A DNA stretch of 42,554 nt from Candidatus Hermodarchaeota archaeon (GCA_048885525.1 JBHLLP010000030.1:1-42554), one strand, 5' to 3'. Positions 1 to 10,256 are shown, counted from the stretch's first letter. Notes: generated by a model not told the origin, from the letters alone. Numbers and translations: made by a program.

Positions 1-2136
1 CATGGTCCTGAAGATTTTGAAGTTGGTGTAGCAAATAATATTCCTGTTTTTACTCCTGTAAATATAAGGGGAGAATATACAAAAGATGCAGGAAAATTCA
101 AAGGAAGGTTTGTTTTTGATACTAATGAAGAGATTTTAGAATTGCTAAAACAAAAAGGTACTTTAATATTAACTAATGAAATCGAACATGAATATGCTCA
201 TTGTTGGCGTTGTGATTCAAAATTAGTTTATCGAGCAACAAACCAATGGTTCTTTAAAACAGAAAGTCTTGTTACTGAATTATTAGAAAAGAATGCAGAG
301 ATTTATTGGGTTCCTGACTGGGCGGGAAATAGATGGTTTAAAAGTTGGTTAAGTTCATTAAAAGATTGGTGTATTTCAAGACAACGCTTTTGGGGTATTC
401 CTCTTAGTGTTTGGATATGTGATAATGAAGATTGTAAAGACACCACAGTAATAGGGTCAGCTAAAGAATTAAAAGAGGTAGCTGGAGAATGTCCAGAAGA
501 TTTACATCGTCCTTGGATTGATGAAGTCACGTGGAAATGTAAAAAATGTGATAATGGTATAAAGAGAAGAATTCACGATATTTTAGATGTTTGGTTAGAT
601 TCAGGTTCAGTAATGTGGGCTGCCCAAGAAGTTTATGACGGTAAAAGTCATTTTGAATCGTGGATTCCCGCGGATTTTATACTTGAAGGGAAAGATCAGA
701 TTAGAGGTTGGTTTAATACACTCTTATGTAGCGCAATGGTATCATCAAGGCGTAAAAATTATGATGCTTGTTATATGCATGGGTGGACTCTAAGAGAAAA
801 ACTTAAAATGAGTAAATCAAAAGGAACTCAAATTTTACCAGAAGATCTTATCGATGGTACCTTAGATGAGCTTAAAAAAAATAAATCTTATTCAAAAATA
901 AAAGGAGTTGAAACATTTCGTTTTTATTCGATTGGAGTAACTCAACCTGGAAGAGATTTTAATTTTGTGGTTAAAGAATACGCAGATACGTATAAAGTCA
1001 TCAATACTATCTGGAATGTTTTTGTTTATGCTAATGAAAAATTTAATTTAGCGAGATTTGACCCTGCTAAGATAGAACTGGAAGAAAGTTCTCTTAGTAA
1101 ACTAGATAAATGGATGCTTTCAAGATTGCATTCTACAATAAAGAAAATTACTGAATTAGCTGACAATTATGAGTTACCTTGGATTACGGGTGAATTACGA
1201 GATTTAATTGTAAATGATATAAGTAGGTGGTATATAATGCTAAATCGAGAAAGAATTGATATTTATTCTGAAGATCCTGATAAATTAACTATAATGCTAG
1301 TGTTATTCAAAACATTATTTGATGTTCTTTTGATGTTATCACCTGTAAATCCAATGTTAAGTGAAGAAATATTTTTAAAAATGTTTAAGCCATATTGCAA
1401 ATCTCTAGGTTTAGACGAAACAGAAAGTATACATTTACAAAACTGGCCTGAGTTCGATGAAAAACTAATAAATCCAGAATTGGAAAAACAAATGCATTTT
1501 ATGCGAGATTTAATAGAAGATATTCGAGCTTTAAAGGAAGAATATAAAATAAGATTAAGATGGCCGAATAGAAAAATAATCATAGAACCAAAAGAGGATA
1601 TGCCAGAGATAATTTTCCCTCAAATAATTAAACAGATTGCCAACGTCAAGGAATTAGAGATTAAAGAGCGTGTTCAAGAACATGAAAATTTAGTTAAAGC
1701 GGAATCAAAATATTGCAATATTTATTTGGATAAATCTGTTGATGATAATTTATTAGCTGAACGAGTAATTAATGATTTAATAAGAAATGTCCAATTTATT
1801 CGTAAAAAAAATGGATATACAGTTGAAGAAAAAATATCTTTAATGATTGGAGCGAATACACCTTATTTAAAAGGTTTTCTTGAAAAATTTCAAGATACAA
1901 TAAAAGAGAAAATTAATATTGAAAACCTTGAAATCGTTTCTGGAGATTTGGCAGAAGAAAAAGGTAAAATTTTTGGTAAATTAAATATATGCCCTAATAG
2001 AGAATGCTCGGCGGCACTAAAAGATAATATTATTTTAAAATTTAAGAAGAAAACAGAAGTTAAATGTCCACACTGTAATTCAGATCTAAAAAAGAATGCA
2101 ATTAATTCAGTATCATTTAGTTTTGAGAAAAAATAG
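1..2136 (+). CDS. ileS: Isoleucyl-tRNA synthetase, archaeal/eukaryote-type, 5'-truncated by the window edge
   Basis: Frame is open from base 1 (HGPEDFEVG). Motifs YAHCWRC, QWF, DWCISRQRFWGIP, DVWLDSGS, EGKDQIRGWF and class I KMSKS. The TTG at 142 is internal, not the start. Confidence 0.96.
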   Translation, partial: HGPEDFEVGVANNIPVFTPVNIRGEYTKDAGKFKGRFVFDTNEEILELLKQKGTLILTNEIEHEYAHCWRCDSKLVYRATNQWFFKTESLVTELLEKNAEIYWVPDWAGNRWFKSWLSSLKDWCISRQRFWGIPLSVWICDNEDCKDTTVIGSAKELKEVAGECPEDLHRPWIDEVTWKCKKCDNGIKRRIHDILDVWLDSGSVMWAAQEVYDGKSHFESWIPADFILEGKDQIRGWFNTLLCSAMVSSRRKNYDACYMHGWTLREKLKMSKSKGTQILPEDLIDGTLDELKKNKSYSKIKGVETFRFYSIGVTQPGRDFNFVVKEYADTYKVINTIWNVFVYANEKFNLARFDPAKIELEESSLSKLDKWMLSRLHSTIKKITELADNYELPWITGELRDLIVNDISRWYIMLNRERIDIYSEDPDKLTIMLVLFKTLFDVLLMLSPVNPMLSEEIFLKMFKPYCKSLGLDETESIHLQNWPEFDEKLINPELEKQMHFMRDLIEDIRALKEEYKIRLRWPNRKIIIEPKEDMPEIIFPQIIKQIANVKELEIKERVQEHENLVKAESKYCNIYLDKSVDDNLLAERVINDLIRNVQFIRKKNGYTVEEKISLMIGANTPYLKGFLEKFQDTIKEKINIENLEIVSGDLAEEKGKIFGKLNICPNRECSAALKDNIILKFKKKTEVKCPHCNSDLKKNAINSVSFSFEKK

Positions 2137-2153
2137 TATCCCTAGAAATTATC

Positions 2154-3197
2154 TTAAACACCATACTTTTTATAATAATCTAACCAGTACTCATACATAT
2201 CTTTTAGAGTTTGCTCAAATGGAATTGAAATATCCCATCCTAGGTCTTTTTTTATTTTTGAATTATCTCCTAGGATAACATCTTCATCTGTATTTCTTAG
2301 TTTATAAGGGGCATTTTCATTAACTTGTATTTTTTTTGATGAAAAACTCAATGCGGTTTTTAAAATTTGTCGAATTTGTATCCTTCTGCTTGAACAGACA
2401 TTATAGGTTTCGCCAGGAGCTCCTTTTGTTGCTGCTAACCAAATTGCTTTAAGTGAATCTTTTATTCCCGTAAAATCACGATAAGGATTAAGATTTCCAA
2501 CCTCTATTATTGGTTCTGAAAGATCTAATTCAATTTGAGCAACTTTGCTAATAAAGTCCGAGGGTGCATCCCCTTTTTTTCTAGGGCCAGTTTGATTAAA
2601 AAATCTTAGATTTATAGCTTCAATTCCGAAATTAATAAAATATTGACGAGCTAATAGTTCAGTTGCTACTTTACTAATTCCATAAGGATGAATTGCTAAT
2701 AAAGGATCAATTTCTCTTAATGGCTTATTAATTGATGTAGTTGTACCATATTCTGAACTCGAACACGCAACTATAACTCTCGTTTTAATTTTATGTTTTT
2801 TAATTACTTCAAAAATGTTAATGGTGCCAATCACATTAGTCTCTATAGTGCCTACTGGATCTTCCCATGAACGTATAACCAATGGTTGTGCACCAAAATG
2901 AAAAATAAAATTAGGATTAATTTTTTTGATTATACTTTCAATTAGAGAAGCATTCTTCAAATCACATTCTAAAAGGGTGAGTTGAGTATTTGAGGTGGGA
3001 ATTTGAATAGGAATGTTAAATGCCTTTTTTTTCTCTTTTTTAGAAAATTCAAGTTGTCCGTTAGTATAATGAGATAAGTTGTGTATAGGACGATTTGGAA
3101 GGTCAATACCATATACCTTTTTACCCTTATTAACACAAAAATCTACTAGATGTGATCCTAAAAAACCGTTAGCTCCAGTAATAAGTATTTTTTCCAT
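2154..3197 (-). CDS. Gmd/Rmd-family extended SDR, probably a GDP-4-keto-6-deoxy-sugar reductase
   Basis: GANGFLG Rossmann motif, YGISK (YxxxK), GNLNPYRDF typical of the GDP-sugar SDR family; CSSSEYG has Ser at the dehydratase Glu position. Confidence 0.8.
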   Translation of the reverse strand: MEKILITGANGFLGSHLVDFCVNKGKKVYGIDLPNRPIHNLSHYTNGQLEFSKKEKKKAFNIPIQIPTSNTQLTLLECDLKNASLIESIIKKINPNFIFHFGAQPLVIRSWEDPVGTIETNVIGTINIFEVIKKHKIKTRVIVACSSSEYGTTTSINKPLREIDPLLAIHPYGISKVATELLARQYFINFGIEAINLRFFNQTGPRKKGDAPSDFISKVAQIELDLSEPIIEVGNLNPYRDFTGIKDSLKAIWLAATKGAPGETYNVCSSRRIQIRQILKTALSFSSKKIQVNENAPYKLRNTDEDVILGDNSKIKKDLGWDISIPFEQTLKDMYEYWLDYYKKYGV

Positions 3198-3374
3198 ACT
3201 CTACTATAAATTATTAATTTTAGATATTTTAATAGTTCATAAGTTATTATTTAAATTAAAGGATATGATTAACCAATAAAAATGAATTAGTTTATTGATT
3301 ACTTATAAAAAGACTATTCAAATTTTTTAATGATTTAATATGAAGAAACTTGATTTTCAATACTGGTGATTTAT

Positions 3375-4385
3375 ATGATAATCCGTTCAAAAGCACCATT
3401 CAGAGTAAGTTTTGGTGGAGGAGGCACAGATATGGCACCATATTGTATTGAACATGGGGGATGTGTACTAAGTACTACCATTGATCGTCATATCTATGTA
3501 ACTTTAAAACCACGACAAGATAAAATTGTTCATATTAATGCACTTAAACTGAATAAACAATTTTCTTTTAAAGTCGGAGATAGAGATTACTCTACTGATT
3601 TCGAATTATTTAAAGGGATTTTTAATGTTTTAGAAATAAAGGATGGTTTTGATATAATGGTATATTCGGAACTTCCTCCTGGTTCTGGAATGGGAGGATC
3701 TTCTTCTTTATCAGTAGCATTAATCGGAGCTCTAAATAAATATTATAATTTAGATTTATCTAAACATGAAATTGCCAAAAGTGCATGTAATATTGAACGT
3801 ATAGAATTAAAACAGAAAGGAGGATATCAAGATCAATTCGCAGCAGCTTATGGTGGTTTAAATTTTATTGAGTTTAGACAAGATGTGAATGTAATTCCTA
3901 TAAATGCTAGTGAAGAAATGCTAAATGAGCTCCAATTTCGATTAATTTTATGTTATATTGGAGGTTCACATTTTTCTTCTGACATACAAGATGAAGTATT
4001 AAAGGGATATAAAGTTGAAAAGAAATCCTATTTAGAAGCTATGCAAGATCTAAAAGATGTTGCTCATTCTATGAGAGAAATCGTGGAATCTAACAATTTA
4101 AGTAATTTAAATGAATTTGGAGAACTCTTACACAAAGGCTGGATAGCAAAAAAGAGTTTAAGCACTAAAATATCAAATAAGAATATTGAAAATTTTTATT
4201 TAACTTCAAGAGAATTTGGTGTCTTAGGAGGAAAATTATTAGGCGCTGGTGGAGGAGGTCACTTATTATTATTTTCAGAGCCAAATCAGAAACCTAAAGT
4301 AATTCAAGAGTTAGAAAAAATTGGAGGTAAAATTATTAATTTTCATTTTAATCCAAAAGGTCTTGAAGTATGGGACATTAAGTAA
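3375..4385 (+). CDS. hddA: GHMP-family D-glycero-alpha-D-manno-heptose-7-phosphate kinase
   Basis: RSKAPFRVSFGGGGTD, PPGSGMGGSS, GYQDQFAAAYGG, GKLLGAGGGG; adjacent to gmhA. ATG 3375 follows SD GGTGA (3365-3369). Confidence 0.88.
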   Translation: MIIRSKAPFRVSFGGGGTDMAPYCIEHGGCVLSTTIDRHIYVTLKPRQDKIVHINALKLNKQFSFKVGDRDYSTDFELFKGIFNVLEIKDGFDIMVYSELPPGSGMGGSSSLSVALIGALNKYYNLDLSKHEIAKSACNIERIELKQKGGYQDQFAAAYGGLNFIEFRQDVNVIPINASEEMLNELQFRLILCYIGGSHFSSDIQDEVLKGYKVEKKSYLEAMQDLKDVAHSMREIVESNNLSNLNEFGELLHKGWIAKKSLSTKISNKNIENFYLTSREFGVLGGKLLGAGGGGHLLLFSEPNQKPKVIQELEKIGGKIINFHFNPKGLEVWDIK

Positions 4386-4416
4386 ATTTAAATAATCAAA
4401 TAGAAAAGATGATAAT

Positions 4417-4983
4417 ATGGAAAATGAAATTATCTCAATTTTAGATGAAAGTGTTAAAGTAAAAGAAGGGATTAAGAATTTAACTCCTATTATTATAAAA
4501 ATCTCTAATAAAATAATAGATGCTTATAAAAATAAGAAAAAGGTTGTTCTTTTCGGTAATGGTGGAAGCGCAGCAGATGCACAACACATAGCAGCTGAAT
4601 TTGTTGGAAAATTCTATAAAGATCGAGATTCACTCCCTTCTTTAGCCTTTCATACAAATACATCTGTTCTTACAGCAACAGCCAATGATTACGGTTATGA
4701 CTTAATATTTGAAAGGCAAGTGTCTTCATTTGTTGAAAAAGGAGACATTGTTATTGGAATTAGTACTTCTGGAAATTCTCCAAATGTGATAAAGGGATTA
4801 ATAAAGGCTAAAGAAAAAGGAGCAATAATAATAGGTTTCACGGGTGAAAAAGCAAGTAAAGTTGAAGAAATTGTAGATTTCTGTTTGAAGATACCATCTT
4901 CCGATACTCCAAGAATTCAAGAAGGTCATATTACTGTTGGTCATATTATTTGTTATTTAGTTGAGAAAGAACTTTTTGGGTAA
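4417..4983 (+). CDS. gmhA: Phosphoheptose (sedoheptulose-7-phosphate) isomerase
   Basis: GNGGSAADAQHIAAE, ANDYGYDLIFERQ, STSGNSPN, TPRIQEGH. Confidence 0.96.
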   Translation: MENEIISILDESVKVKEGIKNLTPIIIKISNKIIDAYKNKKKVVLFGNGGSAADAQHIAAEFVGKFYKDRDSLPSLAFHTNTSVLTATANDYGYDLIFERQVSSFVEKGDIVIGISTSGNSPNVIKGLIKAKEKGAIIIGFTGEKASKVEEIVDFCLKIPSSDTPRIQEGHITVGHIICYLVEKELFG

Positions 4984-4993
4984 GTATTAATTT

Positions 4994-5629
4994 ATGAAAA
5001 AAATTGCAGTTTCTGTTCATGCAATAGATAATTTTACACCAGATATTGTTAAAGGTTTAAAAGATTTTGATTACATCCATGTAGACGTAATGGATGGTAA
5101 ATTTGTAGATAATATAAATAATAATCTAAATGTTTTTCGTCTATTAAAAGAAACTTATAACATTCCTATAATCGCCCATTTAATGGTAATTAAGCCATCT
5201 GATTATATAGAGAAAATAATTCATGATATTGATATTTTTTTATTTCATTTTGAAATTGAAGATGATATCGAGAAGATAATAGAAAAAGTTAGATTTTATA
5301 AAAAAAAAGTAGGTTTGGCATTAAATCCAGAGACAGAAATTTCTGAAATTTTGCCTTATATGAAAGAAATTGATTTAGTTTTAATAATGAGCGTATCTCC
5401 TGGTTGGTCAGGGCAGAAATTCATCCCAAAGACTACAAAAAAAGTATATCAGTTAGCTGAATTCAAGAAAAAGTATAACTTTCTTATCGATGTTGATGGG
5501 GGAATTGATTTAACAAACGCAAAATTATTAAAAAATGCAGATATCTTATCAAGCTCAAGTACTATTCTAAAAGCTCAAGATCCTAATAGAGTAATTAAAT
5601 TACTTAGAGAATCTGATGAAAATGACTGA
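4994..5629 (+). CDS. rpe: Ribulose-phosphate 3-epimerase
   Basis: [38 protein letters not shown]. Confidence 0.92.
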   Translation: MKKIAVSVHAIDNFTPDIVKGLKDFDYIHVDVMDGKFVDNINNNLNVFRLLKETYNIPIIAHLMVIKPSDYIEKIIHDIDIFLFHFEIEDDIEKIIEKVRFYKKKVGLALNPETEISEILPYMKEIDLVLIMSVSPGWSGQKFIPKTTKKVYQLAEFKKKYNFLIDVDGGIDLTNAKLLKNADILSSSSTILKAQDPNRVIKLLRESDEND

Positions 5630-6164
5630 AAAAAACAGGGCAATTTTTTTGGATAGAGATGGAGTAATAAATAAAGAAGTAAATTATCTTTCAGATCCAA
5701 AAGATTTTAAATTTATTGATGGTTCAATTGACGCTTTAAAAATTCTCAAACGAAAAAGCTACTTATTAATTATTATTACTAATCAAGCCGGCATAGCGAG
5801 AGGTTTATTTACCGAAGAATCTCTTAAGACAATTCATAATAAGATGATTGGAATATTAAGGCAACATAATATAGAATTAGATGATATTTATTATTGTCCC
5901 CACCATCCAGAATTCACTGGACCATGTGATTGTAGAAAACCTAACCCTGGAATGATTCTACAAGCACAAATAAATCATAATATCGATCTTACTAATTCTT
6001 ATATGGTTGGAGATACATTGAATGATATTCAAACTGGCAAAAACGCAAATTGTAAAACTGTTTTAGTTTTAACGGGTTATGGAAAGGAAGAACAAAATCA
6101 AATTGGTTCTATAATACCGGATATGATATTTAAAAACTTAAAAGAATTTGCTATAAATTTATAA
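5616..6164 (+). CDS. gmhB: D,D-heptose 1,7-bisphosphate phosphatase (HAD)
   Basis: [23 protein letters not shown]...CDCRKP zinc loop, MVGDTLND. Start could be 5622. Confidence 0.92.
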   Translation: MKMTEKNRAIFLDRDGVINKEVNYLSDPKDFKFIDGSIDALKILKRKSYLLIIITNQAGIARGLFTEESLKTIHNKMIGILRQHNIELDDIYYCPHHPEFTGPCDCRKPNPGMILQAQINHNIDLTNSYMVGDTLNDIQTGKNANCKTVLVLTGYGKEEQNQIGSIIPDMIFKNLKEFAINL

Positions 6165-6208
6165 TACAAATTATTATTATAATCACTAAACGATACTCGT
6201 GAAATATA

Positions 6209-6865
6209 ATGAAATTTTTTATTGATACAGCTAATTTAGAACAAATAAAAGAGATGCAAGAATTAGGGATTATAGATGGAGTCACAACTAACCCAACATT
6301 ATTAGCAAAAGAAGGGGCTGATCCAACTGAACAATTACGAAAAATTTGTGAACTTGTTAATGGTCCAGTCAGTGGAGAAGTTGTTGGGTTAACTACTGAA
6401 GAAATGGTTAATGAGGCTCGTGAATTAGCAAAAATCGCTCCAAATATAGTAGTTAAAATTCCTTTTACAAAAGATGGGATTAAAGCTGTTAAAATTCTTG
6501 AACCAGAAGGAATTAAAACGAATGTAACACTTGTTTTTTCTCAGAATCAAGTTTTAATAGCCGCAAAAGCTGGAGCATCATACATAAGCCCTTTTATAGG
6601 GAGGTTAATGGATAATGGGCAAAATGAAATTGATATGCTTTGGGAATCGATGGAAATTCTTCGTGCTTATAATTTTAAATCTGAAATAATTGCTGCTTCT
6701 ATTAGGAATAGTAGACATGTCATTGAATCTGCTAAGATGGGAGTGCATATCGCCACAATTCCGTTTGCGGTTCTTGAAAAAATGTTTAAACACCCTAATA
6801 CTGATCAGGGATTAGAAGCATTTCTTAAGGATTGGGAAAAATTACAAAATGAATTAAAGAAGTAA
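6209..6865 (+). CDS. tal: Transaldolase (short TalC/FSA family)
   Basis: [20 protein letters not shown] Schiff-base Lys, NVTLVFS, SPFIGR, AASIR. Confidence 0.92.
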   Translation: MKFFIDTANLEQIKEMQELGIIDGVTTNPTLLAKEGADPTEQLRKICELVNGPVSGEVVGLTTEEMVNEARELAKIAPNIVVKIPFTKDGIKAVKILEPEGIKTNVTLVFSQNQVLIAAKAGASYISPFIGRLMDNGQNEIDMLWESMEILRAYNFKSEIIAASIRNSRHVIESAKMGVHIATIPFAVLEKMFKHPNTDQGLEAFLKDWEKLQNELKK

Positions 6866-6874
6866 CTTAAGAAT

Positions 6875-7870
6875 ATGGCACTAATTGACGAGATTACCAA
6901 ATGGAAAAATAAGAAAGTATTGATCATTGGTGATACTCTAATAGATAAGTATATCTTTGGATATACTGATAGAATTTCTCCTGATGCTCCAGTTCCAAAT
7001 GTAAAAATAGAGAATAGTAGTATTTATATAGGAGCGACTGGATTGGTTTTACAATTTGTACAATCTTTGGGGGGAATCCCTGAAGTTTGTAGTATTATTG
7101 GTAATGATTTTGAAGGAGATTTTTTCTTAAAAAAAATAAAACAGTTAAAAGTAGATTCTTCTGGTATTCTTGTAGATGAAAATGTAAGAACCCCTCAAAT
7201 TACACGAATAAAAGCAATGAATCAACATCTCTTACGTTTGGAAACAGATTATAATGGTGATATTTCTCAACAAATCAGAGAAAAATTCAAAGATCTCATT
7301 ATGAACAGATCTCAAGATATAGGAGCAATAATGATATTAGATTATGGTTTAGAAGGAATTTTTGAAGATCATTTTATTCAGAATTTAATACGGGATTTAA
7401 AAGAAAATTATAAGGCACCAATAATTGTCCGCCCTACAAAATCTAATTATTATCTCTATGAAGAAGTCGATTTAATTAAGATGAATCTTCAGAAAGCTTT
7501 AGATATTTTTTCAATTGATTGCTGTAATGAAACGAGTGTAGCAATAGCAGGAAAGAGGATTTTAAACTCTTCTAGGTGTAAAAATGTTTTGCTAAATTTT
7601 CTTGAACGTGACTCTTCTCTCTTTTCAAGAGAAAGTGAATATGTAGAAAAATTCAGTCCAATTTTGCAACAACCAGTTAGAAGTTATGTAGCTGTTGGTA
7701 GTGTTATAATGGCGACATTGGGATTATCGTTTGCTTCGGGAATTTCTATTTCAAATGGTGTGAAAATTTCTCTTTCTGCTGCCGCTCTTACAGCAATCCT
7801 CCCTCCTGTTGAATTCTATGATACTGAAAAACTTCATAATTTCATAATAAAAACAATGAATAAAGCATAA
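6875..7870 (+). CDS. RfaE/HldE-kinase-domain-like PfkB protein with degenerate catalytic motif
   Basis: N-terminus VLIIGDTLIDKYIFG-x-TDRISPDAPVP, TRIKAMNQHLLRLE and LDYG match the RfaE kinase domain; the C-terminal GAGD motif reads AVGS. Confidence 0.75.
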   Translation: MALIDEITKWKNKKVLIIGDTLIDKYIFGYTDRISPDAPVPNVKIENSSIYIGATGLVLQFVQSLGGIPEVCSIIGNDFEGDFFLKKIKQLKVDSSGILVDENVRTPQITRIKAMNQHLLRLETDYNGDISQQIREKFKDLIMNRSQDIGAIMILDYGLEGIFEDHFIQNLIRDLKENYKAPIIVRPTKSNYYLYEEVDLIKMNLQKALDIFSIDCCNETSVAIAGKRILNSSRCKNVLLNFLERDSSLFSRESEYVEKFSPILQQPVRSYVAVGSVIMATLGLSFASGISISNGVKISLSAAALTAILPPVEFYDTEKLHNFIIKTMNKA

Positions 7871-7891
7871 TTTACTCACTTAACTAGTATT

Positions 7892-8746
7892 ATGGAATTG
7901 TCTAAAGCTGAAGAACGGGAAATATTAACAGAAATACTGGATATTAAAAAAGATATATTAACAATGATTTATACTGCCCAATCTGGTCACCCCGGAGGGT
8001 CACTGTCATGTGTTAATATGATCTACCTTCTTTATAACAATATTATGAGAATAAACCGTGAAGATCCTAAATGGAAAGAAAGAGATATTTTTATTTTAAG
8101 TAAAGGACACGCAGCTCCTGCACTTTATGCAGTTCTTTCTAGGTTTGGTTTTATCAAGAGAGAAGAATTATTTACTTTAAGACAGTTTGGTTCGAAATTA
8201 CAAGGACATCCAGTAAAAAATCCCGAAATTGGAATAGAAATATCAACGGGTTCGTTAGGAATGGGATTATCTATTAGTATAGGATGTGCTTTATCAGCAA
8301 AATTAGATAGAGCAGATAAGTATATTTATGTTTTACTCGGTGATGGTGAATTAAATGAAGGTGCTATTTGGGAAGCCGCGATGGCAGCGAGTCATTACAA
8401 ACTGGACAATTTAATTGCAATTGTAGATCGGAATGGAATCCAGACAGATGGATCAACAGAAGAAATAATGGCTTTAGAACCATTAGCCGAAAAATGGAAA
8501 GCATTTGGTTGGGAAGTTATTGAAAGTGATGGTTCAAATTTATCAGAAATGTTACAAGGATTTGAAAGAGCAAAAACTATAATCGGTAGACCTAAAGTGA
8601 TTATATCTTATTTAATAAAAGGAGCAGATGTCTCTTTTATGCAACATACACGAAAATACCATGGAAGAGCACCTAATAAAGAGGAATATGAAATTGCTCT
8701 TAGAGAACTTGAAGATATGAAAATCAAATTAGGTGGAGGAACTTAA
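7892..8746 (+). CDS. Transketolase, N-terminal (TPP-binding) subunit
   Basis: SGHPGGSLS, LSKGHAAPALY, LQGHP, STGSLGMG, GDGELNEGAIWE...N TPP motif, HGRAP. Confidence 0.95.
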   Translation: MELSKAEEREILTEILDIKKDILTMIYTAQSGHPGGSLSCVNMIYLLYNNIMRINREDPKWKERDIFILSKGHAAPALYAVLSRFGFIKREELFTLRQFGSKLQGHPVKNPEIGIEISTGSLGMGLSISIGCALSAKLDRADKYIYVLLGDGELNEGAIWEAAMAASHYKLDNLIAIVDRNGIQTDGSTEEIMALEPLAEKWKAFGWEVIESDGSNLSEMLQGFERAKTIIGRPKVIISYLIKGADVSFMQHTRKYHGRAPNKEEYEIALRELEDMKIKLGGGT

Positions 8747-8750
8747 AAAG

Positions 8751-9674
8751 ATGTCTGAGCCTCTTCTTAGAGATACTTTTGGTGATTATTTAGTTGAAAT
8801 AGGAAAAACAAATAATAATATCGTAGTATTAGATGCTGATTTATCTAGTTCTACAAGAACATATAAGTTTGCTAAAGCTTTTCCTGAACGATTTTTCAAT
8901 ATGGGAATTGCTGAACAAAATATGTTAGGAACAGCGTTAGGTCTTGCAATCTCGGGAAAAATACCAGTAGTAAGTGGATTTTCTATATTCACGACTGGAA
9001 GAGCATGGGAATTTATAAGATTTGCCTGTCATGATAATTTAAATGTAAAAATAATAACTACGCATGGTGGGTTCGTTGGAGAAGATGGTAGTACACATAA
9101 TGCTTTAGAAGACTTGAGTCTTATGGCATCTCTTCCAAATATAAAAGTCTTAATCCCTTCAGATAATATTGAACTTACTCAAATATTAGATTATGCACTT
9201 ACTCATCAGGGTCCGTTTTACATTAGATTACCAAGAGGAACTTTTCCGAAAATTCATACTCAAAAATATAAATTTACTTTGGGTTACCCCGATATTATTA
9301 AAGAAGGTGATGATATATGTTTAATTGGAACTGGATATGGGAGTATTTTGGCATTAAAATCAGCTAAATCAATTGAAAAAGAACAAAAAATTACTATAAA
9401 GGTAATTAATTTTCCAAGTATTAAACCTATTGATGAAAAATCTCTAATTAAAGAGTTAGAAACAATCTCTCAGATTGTTATCATTGAAGAGCACAACATA
9501 TACTGTGGTTTTGGAAGCATAATCGCAAGAATTTTTTCAGAGTATGATCCAAAAATAATCAAATTCATAGGCATTCACAACTCATTTGGAGAATCTGGGA
9601 AAAGAAGTATATTATTAAATTCATTTGGTTTAAGTGAAAAGTCAATTATAGAACAAATAAAAAAGATTATTTAA
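8751..9674 (+). CDS. Transketolase, C-terminal subunit
   Basis: DADLSSST, GIAEQNM, GEDGSTHNALED, GPFYIRL, EEHNIYCGFGS. ATG 8751 after GGTGGAGG is preferred over GTG 8733. Confidence 0.94.
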   Translation: MSEPLLRDTFGDYLVEIGKTNNNIVVLDADLSSSTRTYKFAKAFPERFFNMGIAEQNMLGTALGLAISGKIPVVSGFSIFTTGRAWEFIRFACHDNLNVKIITTHGGFVGEDGSTHNALEDLSLMASLPNIKVLIPSDNIELTQILDYALTHQGPFYIRLPRGTFPKIHTQKYKFTLGYPDIIKEGDDICLIGTGYGSILALKSAKSIEKEQKITIKVINFPSIKPIDEKSLIKELETISQIVIIEEHNIYCGFGSIIARIFSEYDPKIIKFIGIHNSFGESGKRSILLNSFGLSEKSIIEQIKKII

Positions 9675-9701
9675 TTTCATTATTAGATATTTGTATTTAA
9701 A

Positions 9702-10235
9702 TTAATGTGGCAGAAATCCCATATAATTTAATGCTTCTAAGATGATATTTTTACTTTCTTCAACGGTTTGTTTATCCGTTTCGACAATAATATCTGGGTC
9801 ATCAGGTTCTTCAAAAGGGTGGTCTATTCCGGTAAAATCCTTTATTTCTCCAGTTCTTGCTTTTGCATACATCCCTTTAATATCCCGATTTTCACATTCT
9901 TCAAGTGAACACTTTACATACACAAGAATGTAATCTCCAATCTCTTCTCGAGAATATGCTCTAATTTTATTATATGGTGATACAAAAGAAGCAAGAACAG
10001 CGACTCCATTACGAGTTAAAAGTTTAGCTACAAATGTTACTCTTTCAATGTTCATATTTCGGTCTTCTTCAGTAAATCCCAAGTCTTTTGTTAAGCTCTT
10101 TCTAACAATATCTCCATCAAGTCTTTCTACTTTCATACCTCTTGCTTTTAAATCTTCTGCTACTGCATTTGCAAGGACAGTTTTTCCTGAGCAAGGCAGT
10201 CCTGTAAACCATAATGTAAATCCTTTATGTTCCAT
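9702..10235 (-). CDS. cysC: Adenylyl-sulfate (APS) kinase
   Basis: WFTGLPCSGKT P-loop, LDGDIVR, LGFTEEDR, RDIKGMY, FTGIDHPFEEP. Confidence 0.96.
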   Translation of the reverse strand: MEHKGFTLWFTGLPCSGKTVLANAVAEDLKARGMKVERLDGDIVRKSLTKDLGFTEEDRNMNIERVTFVAKLLTRNGVAVLASFVSPYNKIRAYSREEIGDYILVYVKCSLEECENRDIKGMYAKARTGEIKDFTGIDHPFEEPDDPDIIVETDKQTVEESKNIILEALNYMGFLPH

Positions 10236-10256
10236 ACTTCTTCCTTTACTTTTTAT

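Noticed and set aside
303-1583. Minus-strand ORFs 303-530 and 1263-1583
   Set aside because: Antisense to ileS; no motifs.
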